From a virus (lineage: Duplodnaviria > Caudoviricetes), in the IMG/VR virus record IMGVR_UViG_3300026165_000001, positions 1 to 64,000 of that record: a stretch of DNA of 64,000 bases; one strand, 5' to 3'. The position numbers and the translations under genes are program-made. Under the pieces are notes generated by a model, which searched no databases, was not told where the DNA came from, and saw nothing but the letters and a program-made list of their open reading frames with translations. This document shows, in pieces, positions 24,982-34,306 of this stretch. Position 1 is the first letter of the stretch; every line of letters starts with the position of its first letter.

Positions 24982-26333
24982 TGCAATATTTTTACGATGA
25001 ACAAATAAGAAAATACCTCTTGCAATTTGTGCGAATTTTCGGAAATTTCACAGTTCAAAAAGGTTTTGATGCACAAGGAAATCCTGTTTACGAAACTGTG
25101 CCTGCGCGTTATGGTGACATGAGTAGACAAGTCGGTCATATTCTCAAAGAAAATAGCGAGAACAGTTTAAACACTGTTCCTTTCATTAGTTGCTATGTTA
25201 ACAATCTTGAAATGAAACCAGATCTCCGTCGTTATCCTCAATTTGAAGAAACTCTACAAGTAATAGAAAAAGAGTTTGATGAGGATAGCCATACCTATCT
25301 AGAAAACCCAGGCCAGAGCTATAATGTGACGCGTTACCAACCTGTGCCATATTTGCTTACCATGAACGTTGACATTTGGACCAGCAATACTGATCAAAAG
25401 CTTCAGCTTCTTGAACAAATTCTTGTCTTGTTCAATCCTGGAATCAACCTACACACAAATCAAAACACACTGGATTGGACCAGTCTTGCATATTGTGAAA
25501 TGACAAATACGACTTGGTCAAGTCGTAGTCTTCCAAGCGGAGCCGATACTGTTATTGATGTCGCAACGCTAACATTTGAGATGCCTATCTTTATCAATCC
25601 TCCTGTCCGTGTTCAGCGTATGAATATCATCCATACTATCCTTACACAAATTCATACCCTAGACTTGGAAGACTTTGAAACTTGGACTGTGGACGCAATC
25701 ACAGGAGATAATAGCAGCTTTGTGGTCACAACACTGGAAGATTATTGGATTCGTTTTGAAGATGGCAGCGCCTTGTTGTTACAACGCAATGGTGATGATC
25801 AAGGTGGTTTAGGCACAGTTCTAAATTGGGAGAAGGATGTGTTCAGCAATTATGGTGAATTGCGTCCTGGCATAAGTCAGATTCGTTTACGTCAGGGTGA
25901 CGACGTAACAGATCCCAGTAGCGATGTAATAGGAACGATTGATTTTGATCCAAACAATAACCAAAGATTAATAGTAAATATTGATGCAGACACTCTTCCT
26001 AACAACACACAAGGAACGGTTGACGCTATTATCAATCCACAAAATACAGGCCCGGGTGATGGCAACTTGCCCAGTGCAGTTCTTGGACAGAGATATCTTG
26101 TGCTTGACGAAGTTCCAAGTGGTGGAATTTGGGGGACCATTACAGCGGGCAAAAACGATATTATTGAATTTAATGGTGGTTCATGGGTCGTCAGTTTTGA
26201 CTCAAGTGCTAATGGTGGCACAGAATATGTAACTAATACTGCTACCGGAGATCAATTTGAGTGGACTGGTGAGTTTTGGCAGAACAGTTATGAAGGCACT
26301 TACCGAGAAGGTTGGTGGCGTCTTTACATATAA
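24981..26333 (+). CDS. gp15: Tail sheath stabiliser/terminator (gp15-like)
   Basis: YFYDEQIRKYLLQF...PVPYLLTMNVDIWTSNTDQKLQLLEQILVLFNP. Confidence 0.8.
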   Translation: MQYFYDEQIRKYLLQFVRIFGNFTVQKGFDAQGNPVYETVPARYGDMSRQVGHILKENSENSLNTVPFISCYVNNLEMKPDLRRYPQFEETLQVIEKEFDEDSHTYLENPGQSYNVTRYQPVPYLLTMNVDIWTSNTDQKLQLLEQILVLFNPGINLHTNQNTLDWTSLAYCEMTNTTWSSRSLPSGADTVIDVATLTFEMPIFINPPVRVQRMNIIHTILTQIHTLDLEDFETWTVDAITGDNSSFVVTTLEDYWIRFEDGSALLLQRNGDDQGGLGTVLNWEKDVFSNYGELRPGISQIRLRQGDDVTDPSSDVIGTIDFDPNNNQRLIVNIDADTLPNNTQGTVDAIINPQNTGPGDGNLPSAVLGQRYLVLDEVPSGGIWGTITAGKNDIIEFNGGSWVVSFDSSANGGTEYVTNTATGDQFEWTGEFWQNSYEGTYREGWWRLYI

Positions 26334-26341
26334 ATAGACAC

Positions 26342-26785
26342 ATGACAATCAGAGCAAGCGGATGTATTCTACTAAGCGAGAATACAAAAAGGATTTTGCT
26401 TCAGCTACGAAAACCAGACCGCAAAAACAAAAATTATTGGGGATTTTGGGGAGGCACACAAGAAGGCCAAGAACTTCCTGTGCAAACAATTGAGCGTGAA
26501 TTGGAAGAAGAGCTTGGATTTTTGCCTGACATTACTAAATTTATTCCAATACATAAAATGGTGAGTAATGACGAATCATTTGAGTATGACACATTCCTCG
26601 CCACTGTTCCTCAAGAATTTACACCCAACATAAATGGCGAAAGCGAAGGCTACGCCTGGGTTAACTACGACCGTTATCCAGTTCCGTTACACCCAGGCGC
26701 TAAAATAGTTCTTCAAAATCCTCGTATAATAAGTAAGATCAAAACTGTGGTCGATCAGCTTGTCACTGCCCAGGACATCAGATAA
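26342..26785 (+). CDS. NUDIX hydrolase
   Basis: Nudix box GGTQEGQELPVQTIERELEEELG. Confidence 0.85.
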   Translation: MTIRASGCILLSENTKRILLQLRKPDRKNKNYWGFWGGTQEGQELPVQTIERELEEELGFLPDITKFIPIHKMVSNDESFEYDTFLATVPQEFTPNINGESEGYAWVNYDRYPVPLHPGAKIVLQNPRIISKIKTVVDQLVTAQDIR

Positions 26786-26790
26786 TACAT

Positions 26791-27870
26791 TTATGCTAGA
26801 TCGCCTTTGATATTAACAACGTTATTGTCAATAAACTTAATCGTTACAACGCCATATTGACCTGCTGATTGAGTTAAGCCTCCAAGACTTAAAATAGTAA
26901 CAGCTTCTGCTAGAGAAGTAAAATTTAATGCACCCGATCCTGATTGTTCGATATAAAATTCATCTCCAACTGAAAATGTGTTTGATGGAATTTCTACATC
27001 AAAAGGCAATCCACCTGAGTTATTAAGTCGTATGTATGTGCCTGCGTCAATTCCTGCAAGATTGAAAAGGAAATCAGCGGTTACATCTAGAACAGTTGGA
27101 AAACCTCCTCCTCCTCCACCACCACTTTCTATAGCAATATTCGCTTGTCCAGATCCAGCATCTGTAACCGTAACACTAGAACCTGTGAAGTTCAATGTTG
27201 ATGCTGTTCCTACGATGCTCACACCATCATCTTCTACAGCAAAAGATCCACCTCCACCCGAGGAATCAATAGTAATTGTTCCAGCACCATCATCATATGT
27301 AAGTGTGATATTTGATCCAGCAACAAGAAGATCATTTACTCGATCGTCTACTCGTTCATCTGTGTAATATAGATTGCTACCCTCAGATATTTGTGCGGTG
27401 GTTGATGGTCCATTGATTGTTAGTAGGTTAGAACCATCATCGTAACTTAATCCAATATTTGTTCCACCAGCTAACATTGCAGCAACACGGTCGTCTACTC
27501 TTTCGTCTGTAAAATAAAGATTACTACCTTCTGCTAAATCTCCGGTATCATTACCACTTAAATCAACATTACCATCATTTATTTGCTCCCAAACAGCGGT
27601 AACATTTGTGTTGTCCAAACAGACATATATTGCATCATTTGTTTCATCAATCCAAAAATCACCAACAGCAAATTTACCATTACCACCACTACCGTCAACA
27701 TCATCGTTAACAGTGGGCGCGGCAGTTTTGCCTGTAATTTTGAATGGAACACTGTCTGATATATTATCAAAATGTGTGCGTAAATCCTCAGCGGTAATTC
27801 CGCCTGTTGCGTTCGTTGCGAACAATGTATCTGTTAATGTTCTAAAGGTGCTGTTTGAAACTTGTGCCAT
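26791..27870 (-). CDS. Fibre-like virion protein
   Basis: Shares the EGSNLY(F/Y)TDERVDDRV repeats with the long fibre; Gly linkers; beta-rich C-terminus. Confidence 0.7.
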   Translation of the reverse strand: MAQVSNSTFRTLTDTLFATNATGGITAEDLRTHFDNISDSVPFKITGKTAAPTVNDDVDGSGGNGKFAVGDFWIDETNDAIYVCLDNTNVTAVWEQINDGNVDLSGNDTGDLAEGSNLYFTDERVDDRVAAMLAGGTNIGLSYDDGSNLLTINGPSTTAQISEGSNLYYTDERVDDRVNDLLVAGSNITLTYDDGAGTITIDSSGGGGSFAVEDDGVSIVGTASTLNFTGSSVTVTDAGSGQANIAIESGGGGGGGFPTVLDVTADFLFNLAGIDAGTYIRLNNSGGLPFDVEIPSNTFSVGDEFYIEQSGSGALNFTSLAEAVTILSLGGLTQSAGQYGVVTIKFIDNNVVNIKGDLA

Positions 27871-27944
27871 ATTTACTTACTCTTGCCTTTTCTGGATTCT
27901 ATCCTGTCTTACTATCTTAATTATCTGTTTTTTCTCGTCGTGGA

Positions 27945-28529
27945 TCAATACTCTTTAATTCCGTATAAAAATCCTCGTCCAGTCATAACACTAGCTGGCA
28001 TCTGGAATCTTAGATTTGTTATATCACTAGTAGTAAAGCGCATTCCGCCAAACTGACAAAGCACTGGTCGATCACCGTTAGCAACTGTTGAGTGATAACT
28101 TCCAGCACCCACAAATCCCGTATAGGCTCCAGCCTCATTGGCATTAAAAATCAACATCTCTAGTCTGAGACCATCCCTTGCACCATCATTACCAATTCCT
28201 TCACCTGAAGCATTGAAGATTAAACGATTATCAACCTCAGTATATAAACTGTTTCCAGCGCCATCTCTGCTTTGGGCAATAGTTGAGTAATCACCACTCG
28301 TGCTGTCCCATGAGACTCCGTTATCTGTTGATGTTTCCATTTCAAAAACACCATCATTTGATGCAAATACAGTATTCACGAAACGGACAACATAAACCGG
28401 ATATGATCCATCTAGATTAAAGATCACACTGGTCGCAGAAAAGTTTTGTGCATCTAGTCGTATCTCAGCCGGACGATAGATTCCCTTTCCGCGGTATCGT
28501 AATTCATTAGTTCTTAGTGTTCCACTCAT
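27945..28529 (-). CDS. Putative fibre-associated/receptor-binding protein
   Basis: Beta-rich, ends GFLYGIKEY, downstream of the tail fibre. Confidence 0.6.
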   Translation of the reverse strand: MSGTLRTNELRYRGKGIYRPAEIRLDAQNFSATSVIFNLDGSYPVYVVRFVNTVFASNDGVFEMETSTDNGVSWDSTSGDYSTIAQSRDGAGNSLYTEVDNRLIFNASGEGIGNDGARDGLRLEMLIFNANEAGAYTGFVGAGSYHSTVANGDRPVLCQFGGMRFTTSDITNLRFQMPASVMTGRGFLYGIKEY

Positions 28530-29215
28530 AGGCTTTGTCCTACTCTTCCCATGTTGTTTGTTGGTTTTTGTCTCACATATAGCACAGCTCTACCTGTAAT
28601 AGTCTCGTCGTTCTCTGTCATAAATGCAAATCCCACAGCGGGATTTGCAAGGGCTACATGACTACCTCCACCACTTGGCATGACAAATACATTATCACTC
28701 CCATTAAGTTGAACTCCCATTGATGAGAATGCGAAAAATTTTCCTAGGGCCACATAAATTTCACCACTCCATCCACCTGCTGTATCCTCATCTCGAATAT
28801 CAGCCGGGTGTAGCATGGCATCGTTCTGTCCACTTCCTCCAGGGGTATCAACATCAGGGGTTCCATCAGCTTGGAGTTCGATATAACTCCAGCTCTTATT
28901 TCCATCATTAAGTATAGGGGCAAGTCGGTGACCATTAGTTCCTCTTGACAGTGGAACCAGTTGGAATCTCCTCGCATCAACCGTTGTGTGTAGGTTAAGA
29001 CAAAGTATTCTGAATTCGAATAGATTTAAGTCTTCTTCATTTGGAGTGAATCCAAATGTCCGTTCGATTACATCAATACCATCCCACCCAGGCATTCTGG
29101 GATCACCAACAGTGCTACCAGGAAGGGACCCAAAGTCAATACTATCCACATAGGACCAGTCCCGGTATATGCTTTCGCCGTTGCCGTCAAGAAGATCGTC
29201 AATGGTAGTTGTCAT
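28526..29215 (-). CDS. Putative fibre-associated protein
   Basis: Coupled ORF with C-terminal ITGRAVLYVR. Confidence 0.55.
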   Translation of the reverse strand: MTTTIDDLLDGNGESIYRDWSYVDSIDFGSLPGSTVGDPRMPGWDGIDVIERTFGFTPNEEDLNLFEFRILCLNLHTTVDARRFQLVPLSRGTNGHRLAPILNDGNKSWSYIELQADGTPDVDTPGGSGQNDAMLHPADIRDEDTAGGWSGEIYVALGKFFAFSSMGVQLNGSDNVFVMPSGGGSHVALANPAVGFAFMTENDETITGRAVLYVRQKPTNNMGRVGQSL

Positions 29216-29781
29216 TAATAGTTCCTTCCATAAAGAGACATGCCTATCGAGGTTAAATCACCGCCGGGCTCATGTAAAGATACGAATGTGATCTTGGTTG
29301 AGGGATTGTAGGCGCCAGTGGCTCGGAACCTATTTGAATACAAGGCGCCACTAAACTCAAAGTGAGTTGGTGCCGCTGCATATGGATCGAAGATGAGCGT
29401 TCTCAAGGTTTCATCACCTGAGGTGTTGCTAGATATGCTGTTTTTAATACTGTCTCCCCCAGTTGAATTAGTCCCAAAAAAAGCGCCTGTGTTATTTACA
29501 CCATATGAAATATAAGAGTAATCATTTGTGGTAATCCATGTAGGGGTGCTACCAGTGTTTGTTGCTACACGGAATTCTATATCGGTCCCGAATCCTCCAC
29601 TGATGGCAAAAATTTCCATCTCAAGATAATCATAGTCACCATCATATGGTTGGATGTCAAATCCAAGATAATCAGTATTCAATTCCCCTTCACTTCCCCG
29701 GAAGAAGCTGTCAAGTAGCACTCTCTCATTCATATTGTTTCCGTCCAGATCTTGAAGTGATCCAATTTGTAATGTGCTCAT
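29215..29781 (-). CDS. Putative fibre-associated/receptor-binding protein
   Basis: N-terminus MSTLQIGSLQDLDG, ends MSLYGRNY; resembles 27945..28529. Confidence 0.6.
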   Translation of the reverse strand: MSTLQIGSLQDLDGNNMNERVLLDSFFRGSEGELNTDYLGFDIQPYDGDYDYLEMEIFAISGGFGTDIEFRVATNTGSTPTWITTNDYSYISYGVNNTGAFFGTNSTGGDSIKNSISSNTSGDETLRTLIFDPYAAAPTHFEFSGALYSNRFRATGAYNPSTKITFVSLHEPGGDLTSIGMSLYGRNY

Positions 29782-29790
29782 ATGTCCTCC

Positions 29791-32700
29791 TTAAACAATG
29801 GATAAATTTCCATTTACAGTAATGGTAGTTCCAGTAGCAATTTCAAGTGGTCCTGCTGCGCTGGCATTCTCGTTGGCATCTATGGTTACATCTGTATTGA
29901 GGACTTGCTCATTGACACGGAAGATATCTCCTGGTGCTGATCCAACTTCACCATTCTCGCCTTTGAAAAGACCGGCGCCGCCTCCGCCGCCAAGTGCGGC
30001 CCAAGAACTATTTGAATATCCTTCAAACTCATTATTTGTTGAGTTATAACGGATATATCCATCAGCACCAGTTGGTCTTTGTGCATCTGTTCCTACAGGC
30101 AACCGGATGGCATCAGTTGCGCTGATATCAAGACTAACAGCGGGTGCACCAGTTCCAATACCAATCAAACCATCAGATTTGACAACCAATCTATTATTAG
30201 CGCCATCTGTTTGAAACTGTATATCAGCAGCATCAATGGTTCTCATTATTAGTGAGTCTGTTCCTCTATGAAACAGGCTTGTATTGCCTTCGCTGGCTCT
30301 TAGAATTCTAAATCCATAATCTGTGTAGGTAGTTCCTCCAACAAGATCGATAAATGCATTGCCGTCGCCTGTTCTACCTTCACCGATCTGGATAAAGTGT
30401 GGTGCTGTTCCTGTGCTTCTAGTGAGATTGATGTTGTCAGCGAATGTCTTGTTGCCGCCAATTGTTTGATTGCTTGTTAAATCTACATAATCAGCTGGGT
30501 CGAATGCCTTAACTGCTGCTAGGTTGGTTACCTCACTGTCCATTAATGCTCCAGCCGCTGTAACATTGGCAGTGTCAGTTACATCAGCCAGTGCCTCTAT
30601 GCCATCTAGCTTGGTGCCATCAGATGCGAGGTCTCTGCCATCAACTGTTCCACTTACTGTGATATTGCCTGTAATATCAAGTGCGGCTCCATTGTAGGTA
30701 AGTCCGGTTGTGCCTTCAATAGTGCCATCACCAGTCCATACGCCAACTTGGTTGTCAACTGGTGTGCCTACTTTGTTTACATCCCCTCCTCCAGCAATGC
30801 TAGCCCATGTTCCATCTCCTCTCCAGTATGTTGAAGAACTCGCTCCTGTTCCACCGTTGAGGTTTGATACTGGAAGATTTCCAGTTACTTGACTTGCAAG
30901 ATCAATGTTGGCATCGTTAGTGTATGTGCCAGCACCTGTCCTGCGCATAAATCCATTTGTAGAAAAGTCACTATCCATAACAGCGCCTGCGGCTGCCACA
31001 TTAACAGTATCAGTTACATCTGCTAGTGCTTCAATGCCTGCTAGCTTTGAGATGTCGCCTGCGGTTGTAAACTTATTTGTGGTAGAAGTGTCATCTAAAT
31101 CATCTGGGTCCAATACCACAGCACCCGTCAATCCGTTGACACTGTCAACATCTCCGCCGGCATCAATAGTCAATGTTCCAGCCACATCGTTATATGTAAG
31201 TGTTACATTTGAGCCCGCTGTGAGTAGGCTATCAACTCTATCGTCTACTCGTTCATCTGTATAGTAGAGATTTGTTCCTTCACTTAGATCGTCTGTATCC
31301 TTGGTCCCTAGTCTTGTATCAAAGTCTGTATTGAAAGTGTTGTAGTATGCGGGCTCTGCCCAACTTCCATCTGCTCTCAAAAAGTTGGTTGTACCTCCAC
31401 CTGAGCTAGGGACAATACCACTGTTACTAATGTTGAATGTGCGCAGTAGATCAGTTGCCGCAGGGCCTGTGAGTGCTTCAATATCGCCTGTGCCACTACT
31501 GTCACGACCAAGTATGCGATTGGTAGCAATGTGCTGCATCTTGGCAAAAGTAATAGCTTGATCTGGAACGGCCACTGTGAGTGTTCCTGCCACATCATTA
31601 TATGTTAAGTTAATGGCATCGCCTTCAACGAGAAGTGCTGCAACTCTATCGTCTACTCGTTCATCTGTGTAGTAGAGATTTGTTCCTTCACTTAGATCTG
31701 TTGTAGAATTGCCACTCAAGTCTTGAAGTGCTGTGTCTGCCAAATCGCCCTGTGCTGCTGTGGCATAGTCAGCCGGATCAAATGCCTTAACTGCTGCTAG
31801 GTTGGTTACCTCACTATCCATGAGTGCCCCTGCTGATGTAACATTAGCAGTATCAGTTACATCAGCGCCAGTTTCAATACCTGCTAGTTTTGTTTGTTCG
31901 CTATCTGTAAAGGCATTTGTATTAACATTATTTTCATAAGCAGTCTTGATCTCAGCATCTGTTTGGTCTGCTGTCGCACCAGTTTCAATACCTGCTAGTT
32001 TTGAGATGTCACCTGCCGTTGTAAACTTGTTGGTTGTTGAGGTGTCATCTAGATCATCTGGGTCCAATACCACAACACCTGTTTGTCCATTTACACTATC
32101 AACTGGAGCCGTTCCGCCTGCCGCATCAATAGTCAGTGTTCCTGACACATCATCATATGTGAGGGTAATGTTTGTTCCACCAACCAGTAGACTGTCAACT
32201 CTATCGTCTACTCGTTCATTGGTGAAGTAAAGGTTTGTTCCCTCACTTAGATCGGTAGTTGAACTACCTGAAAGATCCTGTAGTGCTGTGTCTGCCAAAT
32301 CGCCCTGTGCGGCAGTAGCATAGTCAGCCGGATCAAATGCCTTGACATCAGCTAGATTTGTTACTTCGCTGTCCATTAGGGCACCTGCTGATGTAACATT
32401 GGCAGTATCAGTCACATCTGCTAGTGCTTCCACTCCTGCTAGTTTTGTTTGTTCAGCATCAGTAAAGGCATTGGTATCAGCATTATTTTCATAAGCAGTC
32501 TTTATCTCTGCATCTGTTTGATCGGCAGTTGCGCCTGCTTCCACTCCTGCTAGCTTTGAGATGTCGCTTGCGGTTGTAAACTTGTTGGTTGTTGAGGTGT
32601 CATCTAGATCATCTGGATCCAATACCACAACACCTGTTTGTCCATTTACACTGTCAACGTCTCCGCCACTTCCTCCCCCGATCGCGCCCCAGCCTGAGTT

Positions 32701-32871
32701 ATATCCTTCAAACTGACCAAGGTCAGAATTGAAACGTATCATACCATCAACACCAGATGGTCGATTACCTGTTGTGCCTACTGGTAACTTGACAGCACCT
32801 AGAATATCGAATGTGAGTGTCTCGTCTTCAGTTGAGATCAGGTTACCATTATGATTTAAATTAATTGGCAT
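29791..32871 (-). CDS. Long tail fibre protein
   Basis: Repeats VDSVNGQTGVVVL, KLAGIE.GA, SEGTNLYYTDERV; LPVGT..RP...IR.NS...FEGY modules. Confidence 0.85.
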   Translation of the reverse strand: MPINLNHNGNLISTEDETLTFDILGAVKLPVGTTGNRPSGVDGMIRFNSDLGQFEGYNSGWGAIGGGSGGDVDSVNGQTGVVVLDPDDLDDTSTTNKFTTASDISKLAGVEAGATADQTDAEIKTAYENNADTNAFTDAEQTKLAGVEALADVTDTANVTSAGALMDSEVTNLADVKAFDPADYATAAQGDLADTALQDLSGSSTTDLSEGTNLYFTNERVDDRVDSLLVGGTNITLTYDDVSGTLTIDAAGGTAPVDSVNGQTGVVVLDPDDLDDTSTTNKFTTAGDISKLAGIETGATADQTDAEIKTAYENNVNTNAFTDSEQTKLAGIETGADVTDTANVTSAGALMDSEVTNLAAVKAFDPADYATAAQGDLADTALQDLSGNSTTDLSEGTNLYYTDERVDDRVAALLVEGDAINLTYNDVAGTLTVAVPDQAITFAKMQHIATNRILGRDSSGTGDIEALTGPAATDLLRTFNISNSGIVPSSGGGTTNFLRADGSWAEPAYYNTFNTDFDTRLGTKDTDDLSEGTNLYYTDERVDDRVDSLLTAGSNVTLTYNDVAGTLTIDAGGDVDSVNGLTGAVVLDPDDLDDTSTTNKFTTAGDISKLAGIEALADVTDTVNVAAAGAVMDSDFSTNGFMRRTGAGTYTNDANIDLASQVTGNLPVSNLNGGTGASSSTYWRGDGTWASIAGGGDVNKVGTPVDNQVGVWTGDGTIEGTTGLTYNGAALDITGNITVSGTVDGRDLASDGTKLDGIEALADVTDTANVTAAGALMDSEVTNLAAVKAFDPADYVDLTSNQTIGGNKTFADNINLTRSTGTAPHFIQIGEGRTGDGNAFIDLVGGTTYTDYGFRILRASEGNTSLFHRGTDSLIMRTIDAADIQFQTDGANNRLVVKSDGLIGIGTGAPAVSLDISATDAIRLPVGTDAQRPTGADGYIRYNSTNNEFEGYSNSSWAALGGGGGAGLFKGENGEVGSAPGDIFRVNEQVLNTDVTIDANENASAAGPLEIATGTTITVNGNLSIV
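31020..32660 (-). repeat. Intragenic near-identical repeats in the tail fibre (~555-nt unit twice, plus partial copies)
   Basis: TCCATTTACACT occurs at 32086 and 32641 (555 nt apart). LDPDDLDDTSTTNKFTT occurs three times. Confidence 0.85.
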
Positions 32872-32888
32872 TTTTGTGAAGATTCCTA

Positions 32889-32917
32889 TTGACTTCCTGG
32901 TATTTATCGCTTATATT
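32889..32917 (+). promoter_or_regulatory. Sigma70-type promoter overlapping the opposite-strand late promoter of the fibre gene
   Basis: TTGACT-N17-TATATT, with TATTTAT (32901-32907) inside the spacer. Confidence 0.75.
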
Positions 32918-32923
32918 GAATAC

Positions 32924-33116
32924 ATATTAAGCGGCTCCGAGGGATATGGGGCGTTGAATAAAGTAACTAGCGTTAGGCACAGGTGAGACCGGACTATTAC
33001 AGCTGGTCACTGACCCTAGTGCACCTGAGGTCGCGTTGCGGCCATAGGGGATCAGAGTAACTAGTAACCATTTCGATCAAGAGTGAACCGGCCCTAGGGC
33101 CGGTTCTTTTGTTTTT
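32924..33116 (+). ncRNA. Candidate ~190-nt small RNA
   Basis: Bounded by a promoter and a + strand U-tailed terminator. No ORF; several stems with + strand G-U pairs. Confidence 0.6.
33085..33116 (+). terminator. Intrinsic terminator, U-tract on the + strand
   Basis: GAACCGGCCC-TA-GGGCCGGTTC-TTTTGTTTTT. Confidence 0.85.
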
Positions 33117-33132
33117 ACTAAAACAACAGCTA

Positions 33133-34293
33133 TTAGCTGAAGGTTAGGTTTGCAGTTGTAACGTCAATGCGGTTTAGGTAGTCCGCAGCGTTACCAAGGC
33201 TTGACGCCTGGTTGCTGAGTTCTACGTATCCGTAACGTGTCATGAAGCTGACAACTGGCTCGAAGGTGCTTGGGTCAAGCACTGTGCCTGAGCTCATTAG
33301 AGGAATGTATGGGCAGTAGAATGCCGCTGCATCTGTCTCGTTTGAACCTTTATATCCGATAAGGATGTTGTCGTCTGTCGCATACTGGTTAACATAAACG
33401 CGCATTGAGCCGTTTAGTGTACCAACGAACTTGGTGTTTGTTGGCGCCTCGAAAGGACCTTCAGTTGTGCGAGCAAATGCACTTGTGGTAGCTGCCTGGA
33501 GCACTGTGAGGATTGTTGGTGAAACAACCATCCAGTTACCAGCGCCACGACGTGTGCGAGCTGCAATGTCGTTTGCTGCCTTGTTGATGAGCACTGCTAG
33601 TGCAGCATGTTCGTCACCAACAAAGGTTGCGGTTCCGCTTACTGCGTTCTGGTCGTATGTGCTGGTTGCAGCACCTGCGAGTGAACGTAGAGATGCTAGG
33701 ATCTCTTGGTCGATTTCAGCAGTGATCTCCTGCGCGAGCGCAGCCATGATCTCTGCTTCAACGTCTAGGCCATGCATAGCTTGTGCGTCTTGCGCAGCTT
33801 CGAAAGTCCAACGTGCGCTGAGCTTACGAGTCTTTGCTTCGACGGTCTGCTTGAGGACCTGGATGTTTAGCTTACGACCAGCCTGACCTTCAAGCACTGA
33901 AGTTGCTTCAGCGCGGTCAGTTGTAGCGTTACCTGAGTAACCGTTAGCAATCTGGAACGGGCTAAGTGCCTCGTCACCAGCAACTGCTGAGTCGAATGTT
34001 TCTGCATAACGGACACGTAGAGTGTGGATTTGACCAACTGGGCCGGTCATTGGCTGCACACCAACTAGTTCGTTTGCAATAACAGTTGGCATAACACGGC
34101 GGATAACTGGTAGGATCACTTTGTTAAGTGTCGCAATGTTACCTGCTGATGTTGAGCCGACTGTTGCAGATTCTGACAACTGCTTCTTGGTGTTTTCAAG
34201 AACAGTTTCCATAACTGACTTTTTGTTACCGGTCAAGCCGTCAACGAGTGCGTCCTTGGTTGCTGACCAGTTTTCGAATAGAACGTCTGCCAT
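33133..34293 (-). CDS. gp23: Major capsid protein (gp23-like)
   Basis: RRVMPTVIANELVGVQPMTGPVGQI...VEAKTRKL...FYCPYIPL...FMTRYG. Confidence 0.97.
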   Translation of the reverse strand: MADVLFENWSATKDALVDGLTGNKKSVMETVLENTKKQLSESATVGSTSAGNIATLNKVILPVIRRVMPTVIANELVGVQPMTGPVGQIHTLRVRYAETFDSAVAGDEALSPFQIANGYSGNATTDRAEATSVLEGQAGRKLNIQVLKQTVEAKTRKLSARWTFEAAQDAQAMHGLDVEAEIMAALAQEITAEIDQEILASLRSLAGAATSTYDQNAVSGTATFVGDEHAALAVLINKAANDIAARTRRGAGNWMVVSPTILTVLQAATTSAFARTTEGPFEAPTNTKFVGTLNGSMRVYVNQYATDDNILIGYKGSNETDAAAFYCPYIPLMSSGTVLDPSTFEPVVSFMTRYGYVELSNQASSLGNAADYLNRIDVTTANLTFS

Positions 34294-34306
34294 TTTAATT
34301 TCTCCT

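Noticed and set aside
29791-32871. CRISPR array or diversity-generating retroelement repeats
   Set aside because: The repeats are in-frame protein repeats without spacers. Differences are not evidently adenine-specific, and no reverse transcriptase or cas gene is in the window.
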